A stretch of DNA of 13,278 nucleotides from a bacterium (lineage in GTDB: Bacteria > SZUA-182 > DTGQ01 > JAFGSM01). The stretch covers positions 1 through 13,278 of the forward strand of contig JBLIRO010000112.1 of NCBI GenBank assembly GCA_049472335.1, read 5' to 3'. The stretch's first letter is position 1. Every line of letters starts with the position of its first letter. The notes beneath the pieces were generated by a model that saw only the letters and a program-made list of their open reading frames with translations, made no database searches and was not told the origin of the DNA. The translations under genes were made by a program, and so were the position numbers. Positions 1 to 7,155 of the stretch are shown here, piece after piece.

Positions 1-1755
1 GACAGTTCCTCTGTGTCCATTGCCTATACCGCCACAGGGCAGAGAGTATCCGTCCTCGATTCCCGTGGGCTCACTGCATTTGTCTACAATGAGCGGGACC
101 GTTTATTACAAAGGACCGATCCTGACGGTGCTACTATTTCCTACACCTATGATGAAGCAGGAAACCGGACCTCGGTCACTGTGCCATCCGGCACCAACAC
201 ATATGCCTTTGATGCATTGAATCGACTCTCAACCGTGACCGATCCGGATGGTGGTGTGACTTCATATACCTATGATGCCGTGGGCAACCGGGCCAGCATC
301 ACCTATCCCAATGGGACAAAAGCAACTTATACCTATGATGCCCTGAACAGGTTAGCCCTGATTGAAAACCAAAGGTCCGATAATTCCATCATATCCAGCT
401 ACAGCTATACCTTAGGCCCTGCCGGGAACAGGACTAGGGTGCAAGAACATACCGGCAGGATTGTTGATTACATCTATGACGCCCTTTATCGTCTGACCCA
501 AGAGAATATTACCGATCTCACCCTGGGTGACCGTATCATCACTTATTCCTATAACCCTGTGGGGAACCGTTTGAGTAAAGGAGATACGGTCGCGGGTCCC
601 ATTGCCTATACTTATGATGAAAACGACCGCTTGTTAACCGAGAATGGCAACACTTATTCCTATGACAATAATGGCAATACGACCAGTAAAACTGAGGGAT
701 CGGATGTTACCACCTATCGCTATGATTATGAAAACCGGCTAATTGGGGCGCAGACTCCTGCGAGTTTGGTGAACTATACCTATGATGCGGATGGGATCAG
801 AGTAAGTGCAAGTGTAGATGGGGTGGTGCTTAATTATCTGGTGGATAAAAATATAGCTTATGCACAGGTCCTGGAGGAAAAAGATGGTGCTTCTGCTTTG
901 GTAGCCAATTATGTTTACGGTGACGATTTGATTAGGATGGATCGGAATGGGGTTGACTCTTTTTATCACTATGATGGGCACGGGAATACACGACAGCTTA
1001 CTGATGATGGGGAAAATACGACCGATACTTATATTTATGATGCCTTTGGGACTTTATTGAATAAAACTGGTGCCACTGAGAATAATTATTTGTATACTGG
1101 TGAGCAAAATGATATGAATATTGGTTTTTATTATTTGAGGGCAAGATATTATAATACTGAAACAGGTAGATTCATAACAACTGATCCATTTTGGGGAAAT
1201 ACTTTTGATCCATTAAGTCTACATAAATATATATATGCACACGAAAATCCTGTTAATAATATAGACCCTAGTGGTACAACCATTCTTTATATTGACTTAC
1301 TGGCATCAACATATCTGAGAACGTTACTAAGTAAAATAGTTCTTTACAGAATAAAGTTTATTACAAGTTTAGCAAATATAATGGAGAATAGAATTGCAAT
1401 TTTGGAAAGGCCTTTTTATTTATTTTCCATAGAATACCCCGATTTAATGGCGTATCTTTTACCTGAATTTGTTATCCATGAAAATCTTGCAATATGGTAT
1501 CTTGGAAAGAGGTGTGTGTATGGATTTTTTGGAATTGGAACTTGGTTTTGGGACGACATAGATGGAGAAGTAAGACCAGTAACAGAGAATTTTGGACAAC
1601 TAAAAGAATTTAAATTTATATCATCCGAAGAGACAAAGGACTTGATGGAAGAAATTAAAGGGGAAATAGCTCATGGACCTTATATAGGAGTATATAATCC
1701 TTTCAATTATACATGTAGATCCTGGGCAAGAGAAAAATATGATTCAGTTGATTAA
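1..1755 (+). CDS. Rhs/YD-repeat polymorphic toxin, 5'-truncated by the window edge; Rhs core plus ~159-aa C-terminal toxin domain
   Basis: Frame 1 is open from base 1 (GAC AGT TCC TCT GTG...), so the track start at 13 is probably not the true start. Many YD repeats (YTYDEAGNR, YTYDAVGNR, YTYDALNRL, YSYDNNGN). Rhs-associated core YLYTGEQ...YYLRARYYNTETGRFITTDP...YIYAHENPVNNIDPSG, with the PxxxxDPxG cleavage motif ending at 1275. Stop TAA at 1753-1755. Confidence 0.95.
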   Translation, partial: DSSSVSIAYTATGQRVSVLDSRGLTAFVYNERDRLLQRTDPDGATISYTYDEAGNRTSVTVPSGTNTYAFDALNRLSTVTDPDGGVTSYTYDAVGNRASITYPNGTKATYTYDALNRLALIENQRSDNSIISSYSYTLGPAGNRTRVQEHTGRIVDYIYDALYRLTQENITDLTLGDRIITYSYNPVGNRLSKGDTVAGPIAYTYDENDRLLTENGNTYSYDNNGNTTSKTEGSDVTTYRYDYENRLIGAQTPASLVNYTYDADGIRVSASVDGVVLNYLVDKNIAYAQVLEEKDGASALVANYVYGDDLIRMDRNGVDSFYHYDGHGNTRQLTDDGENTTDTYIYDAFGTLLNKTGATENNYLYTGEQNDMNIGFYYLRARYYNTETGRFITTDPFWGNTFDPLSLHKYIYAHENPVNNIDPSGTTILYIDLLASTYLRTLLSKIVLYRIKFITSLANIMENRIAILERPFYLFSIEYPDLMAYLLPEFVIHENLAIWYLGKRCVYGFFGIGTWFWDDIDGEVRPVTENFGQLKEFKFISSEETKDLMEEIKGEIAHGPYIGVYNPFNYTCRSWAREKYDSVD

Positions 1756-2330
1756 TAACACAAGGATTTGGTTTCGACATAGCTCAAATTCTCTTCACTT
1801 TTTACTACATACTGATCTCTTATTTTGGGTGTTGGTAGCCGAGCGGATCAGCTACCGGCAAAATGGAATGACCGGAAGATTCTTATCGCTGTAACATCTA
1901 AAAATGGGCGGGCAGGGATTATAACATGGAAGAGAAAGGTGTGAGAGCGCAGGCAAATGCTCCCTAATTTACACTCCGTTTTTTCACTTCCTAATAATAT
2001 AGTATCCTTCTGGTAGGAGAATCGGTGGTGGCAAAATCGATTAATTTTTAAATCCCGAATTTGATTTTTATAAGGGAATTGACAACGGATTCTTATTTTG
2101 CATAAATTATAGACATTAGTTCTGGGAATATAAAGGCTATCCATAACCGATAAGAAATAGATACATTAGATAAAAAATCAAATTTACTTCTAATTTCTTT
2201 TGTTGGGAATCCCTTTGGGGTAGACGGGAGCGGAAAGCTGCTGGAGATGGATCAGAGGGTGCAGGGAACGGAACTTTGTGGAGAGTTTACATAACGTAAT
2301 TATAAAACAAGAGATATATAACCAAATTAA

Positions 2331-2348
2331 TAAAGGGTGTTGAAAAAA
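2331..2348 (+). repeat. Left terminal inverted repeat of the IS
   Basis: taaagggtgttgaaaaaa is the exact reverse complement of 4266-4283. Confidence 0.9.
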
Positions 2349-2373
2349 TAGCCTAAAAATATTTAAAAATCAA

Positions 2374-2402
2374 TTGTTTAAGCATGAAAAATCCTGTATA
2401 AT
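2374..2402 (+). promoter_or_regulatory. Putative sigma70 promoter of the transposase
   Basis: TTGTTT (2374-2379), 17-bp spacer, TATAAT (2397-2402). RBS GGAGG at 2441-2445 and ATG at 2453. Confidence 0.6.
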
Positions 2403-2452
2403 AGCATAGATTAGGCAAACGAAAATCCCATACTAAATACGGAGGATTTTTC

Positions 2453-3943
2453 ATGCATCACAAAAATATCAAATTGATTGTAAAAAAACAACTGAAGAAG
2501 CAGTATCCAAACTGGAAACGTCTTAGCAGAAAGAAGAAAAAAGCAATATCCAAGAAGGTAACAGCAGAAGTGATAAAGCTATATGATTTTAGTAAACCCA
2601 TTCAAAACCCAATAGAGGAACTACTTAGCATAGAAGAGCAAATGCCGGCACCCGGCATGATGAATCTTGAGGAAATGGCAAAGTATATAGACAGATTCAA
2701 CAGGAGCAAATTGATAAAGATAAGCAGCCACTGCCGGCATCCCTCGTATATCCAGGATGAAGAGTTACGGGTGATAGATAATCTATTGGATGATCTCATT
2801 ATTAATGATCTTCTCTCCTATAGGGGTTATACGCCCTCTATGAGGGAAATTTTACTCAACAATCTATTTAGGGCAGAGCTGCTCAAGGCCCTTAAGTATC
2901 CGGAGATCAGCTATCGCAAATTCTGTGATAATGAGTACATGGGAAAAGACAGAAAGCAGAATAGGGCCTTTATAGGATTACCCTTAAATAGCAGCAGTAT
3001 CATAGATCATACACAACTGAGCAAGTTTCGCTCATCACTCACCTTTACCCAGATGGTGAATTTAACCGTATATATCCTGTATCATTTTTATCAGCAAGGG
3101 CTTCTTGGGGATTGCATCCTTCATGGTATAGACTCAACAGAACTGGCCAATGAGTGCAAACGGTCCTTAGTCTCAATAAAAATAGCAGGGCAGAAGATAC
3201 GCATTTATGAAGACATGGACTGTGACTGTGGGTCACGGCGTAACAAACGAGACAAATCTCCCTATGTTATAGGATACCGTATGCATACGCTTACTGCCAT
3301 TAATGCGAAAACAGGACACAGTTATCCTCTGGTTTCTCTCTTAGCCCCTGCCAATCATCATGACAGTAATTTTTTGAAGCCCCTGGTTGCCCTGGCACAA
3401 GCAATAGGAATAGATGTAAAACTCATCACTGCGGATGAGGGATACAATGATAGTGATGGCTCTTTCTATAAAGAAACAGGGGTACATCTTATCACCCCTG
3501 CCTCCTCAAAGGTGTCTTTCCCGGAGCATGTCGATCCTGAGACCATGGAGGTATTCTATGATAAGTTCTGTGAAATCCCTATGGAGTACATAGGCTGTGA
3601 AGAGCAGCATGAATTTAGATGTGGTGCATCCCCTGGTGAATGCCCTCTTTCTGAAAAATGCCCTCAATGTCGGCTTATTCCCATTGACAGCGGCTTTTTT
3701 CAAAGGATTCCTTATGACACTGAGCATGTATCAGAAGCCTTAGAGATTCGCAAAAATGCCGAGCGGCCATTTAATCTTTTAAAGAATCGAGAAGGCCTTG
3801 AACAGGTGCGTGCAAGGAGTCAGCATGCGCTGCTTGCCCGATGTACGTTTACCACTATTGCCACAATCCTTTTGGAGATAGCGGGAACAAGGAGAAAAGA
3901 AAAGACTATCAACCGTCAGATACCATTATTTGCCAATGTCTGA
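2453..3943 (+). CDS. DDE transposase, 496 aa
   Basis: Motifs HGIDST (first Asp), GYRMH, LITADEGY (second Asp), a Cys-rich insertion (CGASPGECPLSEKCPQC) and RKNAERPFNLLK (catalytic Glu). This layout is typical of IS4/IS5/IS1182-type transposases. GGAGG RBS upstream; lies between the TIRs. Confidence 0.9.
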   Translation: MHHKNIKLIVKKQLKKQYPNWKRLSRKKKKAISKKVTAEVIKLYDFSKPIQNPIEELLSIEEQMPAPGMMNLEEMAKYIDRFNRSKLIKISSHCRHPSYIQDEELRVIDNLLDDLIINDLLSYRGYTPSMREILLNNLFRAELLKALKYPEISYRKFCDNEYMGKDRKQNRAFIGLPLNSSSIIDHTQLSKFRSSLTFTQMVNLTVYILYHFYQQGLLGDCILHGIDSTELANECKRSLVSIKIAGQKIRIYEDMDCDCGSRRNKRDKSPYVIGYRMHTLTAINAKTGHSYPLVSLLAPANHHDSNFLKPLVALAQAIGIDVKLITADEGYNDSDGSFYKETGVHLITPASSKVSFPEHVDPETMEVFYDKFCEIPMEYIGCEEQHEFRCGASPGECPLSEKCPQCRLIPIDSGFFQRIPYDTEHVSEALEIRKNAERPFNLLKNREGLEQVRARSQHALLARCTFTTIATILLEIAGTRRKEKTINRQIPLFANV

Positions 3944-4265
3944 GCTCAATTTTAAAATCTTTTATGGTGGAGTTTTGTTTTTGAGATTGATTAATGGCCC
4001 TTTAGACAATATATTAAAGCTCCATACAATCATGTCTCTTTGTATGGATAGGATATTGGATAAGAAATGATTTAAGCCTCTGTTTATGCCTTTTATGTTA
4101 GATAAGATGATTTGCTGTAAAAAAAGAACCGCCCTCAAAAGCTAGGGATTGTAAAAGGTTAATTCGAATAGGCAATATCAATTTTATTTAATTAAAATGC
4201 ACAATATGGGGTTTTTGCAGATGAATTTGGAGTATATAATAACTGTGGTTGCTAAGAAAAAAATT

Positions 4266-4283
4266 TTTTTTCAACACCCTTTA
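4266..4283 (-). repeat. Right terminal inverted repeat of the IS
   Basis: ttttttcaacacccttta is the reverse complement of 2331-2348. Confidence 0.9.
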
Positions 4284-4296
4284 AAAAAATTCATTC

Positions 4297-4614
4297 AAGT
4301 TCAGCTCACCACAGAGGCACGGAGACACAGAGAAAATAATATCTCAGTGCCTCCGTGTCTCTGTGGTGAAATATTATCCTTTCTTTATTGAAGTTGAAAT
4401 GAATTATGACCACATTAAGATATCATGCAAAAATAAGATGTTAAGGGATTTATAAAAAAGGATATCTATTAGTACAATTATTAACAAACAACCATTGTTG
4501 TTGTCAATATATTATTAGGCAAAAAAATGGATTTTAATAGTTCACCACAAAGGCACAGAGACACAGAGAAAATAATATCTAAGTGCCTCCGTGCCTCTGT
4601 GGTGAGCTGAACTT
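4297..4614. repeat. REP/MITE-like composite element: two 64-bp palindromic units (4306-4369, 4542-4605) with 32-bp outer inverted repeats
   Basis: The units match at 60/64 positions as direct repeats. Each is a long hairpin (tcaccacagaggcacggagacac...gtgcctccgtgtctctgtggtga). The outer ends 4297-4328 and 4583-4614 are inverted at 31/32 positions. Confidence 0.9.
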
Positions 4615-4646
4615 ATATAAAAATAGCATCTTCCCCTTTTTCATTA

Positions 4647-4675
4647 TTGACATTAGATGAGGAATGTTTTAGTCT
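4647..4675 (+). promoter_or_regulatory. Putative sigma70 promoter of the T6SS operon
   Basis: Consensus TTGACA (4647-4652), 17-bp spacer, TAGTCT (4670-4675), preceded by an A/T-rich tract. Lies ~125 bp upstream of the first operon start codon. Confidence 0.55.
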
Positions 4676-4800
4676 AATATTGTAATCTTCAATATATTAG
4701 GAATCTACATCATCTGAAACAATTCAAGAGGCCTGGAGATTCAGAATTTCACGCTGATTAATTTCCCAAAACATTATGAAATCTTTAGGTGGGAGAAAAT

Positions 4801-7155
4801 ATGGACCTTCCATCCCTGTATCTGTATCTTGGTTTGGATGGAGCTAATTTTTGTTTAAGGTTTTCTCTGATTTCAGAAGAGCAATCTGTTCTTGAAAAAT
4901 CGCCCTACCCTTTTCTCCTGATTTCCGATTCCGATCCTCTTACCCGCATGGTTGAGGCAAGATTTGTCAGTGATGATGGAAGCGAGATCAAAAAGCTATT
5001 CCTTTTATTTCAAAGGGACCAGTATCTTATCGTAAAGGATGAGCTAAGGCCCGTAACCAACAAGAATATTTATGAATTCTGGCAAAATGCTTACTTATTC
5101 TATTCGAACAAAAAGGACCGTTATTCATTCATTACCCTTACCTCCCAGATTGACCAGGCAGGGAGATTGATCCCTTTCAGGTCTTTATTCTTTTGTAAAA
5201 AGACTCGCGCCTTTTTTCATCCGCCCTGCCCTGAATGCGGCTTTCCTTTAGGGCAATGTTATGATGATGAGATCCTTAATAATTCAGGGCTTCTGGCCTA
5301 TTCAACATCATTGAAGCGCTATCTGTATTGCCCCTTCTGTTTTAAATCAAAAGGTAAATCGAATTTTTATGTTTATGACCTGGAAGGTTCGGATCCCCCC
5401 ACCTTGAAGAACCGGTGGGAGCTGATCAAGGCCTTTGGATCATTGGTTGAGAAAAGCGAGGGCATTGAAAGAGACTACCAAATCGAGAACTTTCCCTGTT
5501 TGAAATGTCCCTATAATAATAACTGTTACGGGCCGCATGATGAGGTTACATCAAAGATTGTGCCCTTTTCCTTTTATCCTTTTTATATGTTTATATTTGA
5601 ATCCATGTCACTGAACACGATAGATTTTTTGGCCCTTGTTTCTGGGGCTTCCCTTGAAGAGCTTGAGGCACGGCTTTATAAAAAGCAGGAATCAGGGAGA
5701 ATACATTGTCTGAAAAGACTTAAACAGGATTTTGAGGGAAGCAGCAGTCAGCAGAAAGTCTTTTTCCCTATAAAAAAGGATGAAAGGTCATTTTTGGAGG
5801 TCTTATACCTAAAGCTTTCTTTTCTGGGAGAGCTTATCCGGGACATCTTTTTATCAGGGGCAGAATCAGGGTCAGATGCATTAAAACATCCTGACATGGG
5901 ATTATCCCTTGACCATATATGGATCAAGCTTCCGGACCTTCACGGCCTTCTTCCCCTCTTCTGGGATTTTAGCATCAGGCACCTCGATATCGTTAAACGC
6001 ATTGATGTAATGGGTGAATCGAACCATGTTTCCTCTTTTGCAAATATTCATCATTCAAAGAGTCTTTATTTTCTGAGCATGGTATTGTTTAATGCCCTTC
6101 TTGTCAACAAGGAGCAGGATATGTCAAAAATAAATCTTTCCCTTGGAAAATTGTTAAAGACCCCGGACACCTCTGATACTTCTCCCTTTGCTAAAATCCT
6201 CAGGGAAGGCTCTATTCAAACATTTTCCCCTAATAATATCTTTTGGGACCCCGCAGACAAGACTGTTACTGAAACATGGCATATATTGTGGGAGAAGGCC
6301 CTTGGCCTGGGTTGGGAATTGTTGAATGCTTCCTTAAATCCTGCCCATAATTGGGGAATGGAAGGATTTTGCCAAAAATTAGATGCCTTAAGAGATGAGG
6401 TTAAGAACGGCATGTTCCAGGAAAAACCCGGATATGCCGAAAAGGCTCATTCGGCAGAAACAATGGAAGAAGTAAAGGGCCAACAGGAGGAATCGATGGA
6501 AAATGAGGCCATTCATAATATCCTTATGAAAATCCATGATAAATGGCTCAAAGAAATTAAAGCGCAGCCTCCTTTACCAGAGGCAAAGAAAGTAGTCAGG
6601 GAACAAGAGCCTGGTGAAACAGTTATAATCTCTCCCGGAGACTCCCGGGAAGAAGGACAACGGCCCAAACCAAGTAGAGATGCTACAGGAGAGAGAGGCT
6701 TAAATGAGAATGTTGTTATATCTCCCGGGGGAGCACCGGGGCCGAGGGGACCGCATGGGCCACAGATACAACAAGGACTGCAATGGCCGCAGGGGAAACC
6801 GGTGAAACCTGATTTAGAAAAACCTATAGAAAGACCCGAAGATAAGGCTGCCAAGGAAGGTGAAGGATTAGAAAAAACCGTTGTAATCTCCCATGGAAAG
6901 GATTTCCGTGATTCATCGAAAGAAGCCGCTGGCACTTCACAAGGAGAAGCAGACTCTTTTCAAGAAGCAACAGACTCATCACAAGAAAACACAGACTTAT
7001 CACAGGGAACCGCAGACTTATCCCAAAAAGAAGCAGATTTATCCAAAAAGGAAACAGACTCAAAAGGGGATGATTTTTTTACCGAAACAATTATCCTTAC
7101 CCCTGAACAAATCAAAGAAAAATTGAACAAAAAGAAGAAGGAAAATAATGAATAA
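4801..7155 (+). CDS. Uncharacterised T6SS-associated protein (~784 aa): Cys-rich putative metal-binding N-terminal region, helical middle, long low-complexity C-terminal tail
   Basis: Long ORF. ATG 4801 is preferred over GTG 4789 because GGGAG lies just upstream of it. Nine Cys in 5194-5526 including CPEC, CPFC and CLKCPYNNNC. Pro/Gly/Glu-rich tail after ~6420. Overlaps the next gene by 8 nt and is first in the operon. Confidence 0.85.
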   Translation: MDLPSLYLYLGLDGANFCLRFSLISEEQSVLEKSPYPFLLISDSDPLTRMVEARFVSDDGSEIKKLFLLFQRDQYLIVKDELRPVTNKNIYEFWQNAYLFYSNKKDRYSFITLTSQIDQAGRLIPFRSLFFCKKTRAFFHPPCPECGFPLGQCYDDEILNNSGLLAYSTSLKRYLYCPFCFKSKGKSNFYVYDLEGSDPPTLKNRWELIKAFGSLVEKSEGIERDYQIENFPCLKCPYNNNCYGPHDEVTSKIVPFSFYPFYMFIFESMSLNTIDFLALVSGASLEELEARLYKKQESGRIHCLKRLKQDFEGSSSQQKVFFPIKKDERSFLEVLYLKLSFLGELIRDIFLSGAESGSDALKHPDMGLSLDHIWIKLPDLHGLLPLFWDFSIRHLDIVKRIDVMGESNHVSSFANIHHSKSLYFLSMVLFNALLVNKEQDMSKINLSLGKLLKTPDTSDTSPFAKILREGSIQTFSPNNIFWDPADKTVTETWHILWEKALGLGWELLNASLNPAHNWGMEGFCQKLDALRDEVKNGMFQEKPGYAEKAHSAETMEEVKGQQEESMENEAIHNILMKIHDKWLKEIKAQPPLPEAKKVVREQEPGETVIISPGDSREEGQRPKPSRDATGERGLNENVVISPGGAPGPRGPHGPQIQQGLQWPQGKPVKPDLEKPIERPEDKAAKEGEGLEKTVVISHGKDFRDSSKEAAGTSQGEADSFQEATDSSQENTDLSQGTADLSQKEADLSKKETDSKGDDFFTETIILTPEQIKEKLNKKKKENNE
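6934..7059 (+). repeat. Intragenic 21-bp (7-aa) degenerate tandem repeat x6
   Basis: TSQGEAD/SFQEATD/SSQENTD/LSQGTAD/LSQKEAD/LSKKETD; every DNA unit ends in (g/a)caga(c/t). Confidence 0.85.

Larger units (their letters stand above)
2331..4283 (+). mobile_element. Insertion sequence (DDE; IS1182-like within the IS4/IS5 superfamily), ~1.95 kb
   Basis: Perfect 18-bp inverted repeat taaagggtgttgaaaaaa (2331-2348) / ttttttcaacacccttta (4266-4283) brackets a single transposase ORF. Exact ends are ambiguous: the outer TA could be a 2-bp target duplication around an element at 2333-4281. Confidence 0.88.

Noticed and set aside
1830..1860. Hairpin tgttggtagc...gctaccggca after rhs as an intrinsic terminator
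   Set aside because: A stem is possible with G-U pairs, but no U-tract follows it on either strand.
1868..1894. Short frame MTGRFLSL resembling the Rhs core GRF motif (orphan Rhs remnant?)
   Set aside because: Only a few matching residues, an immediate stop, and no flanking ARYY or DP motifs; consistent with chance.
1848..2144. 98-aa minus-strand ORF as a possible immunity gene
   Set aside because: Opposite orientation to rhs, no recognisable motif, and composition looks non-coding.
4093..4103. TTATGTTAGAT inside the IS as a second XerD-like arm
   Set aside because: No XerC-like arm ending in ATAA at the proper spacing.
4212..4240. Outward-facing IS promoter (TATAAT at 4235-4240)
   Set aside because: The best -35 (TTGCAG) is only 14 bp away; TATAAT alone is weak evidence in AT-rich DNA.
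4197..4391. 64-aa + strand ORF
   Set aside because: Crosses the IS right end and translates the palindromic repeat (TTEARRHRE...PPCLCG); an artefact of the repeat.
4306..4605. Two near-identical palindromic repeats with a spacer, considered as a mini CRISPR array
   Set aside because: Units are 64 bp and the spacer 172 bp, there are only two copies, and no cas genes are in the window; better explained as REP/MITE-like.
5998..6018. RIDVMGE in the large protein resembles RINVMGE in TssK (~9376-9396)
   Set aside because: Seven-residue match with divergent codons and no flanking similarity; treated as coincidence.
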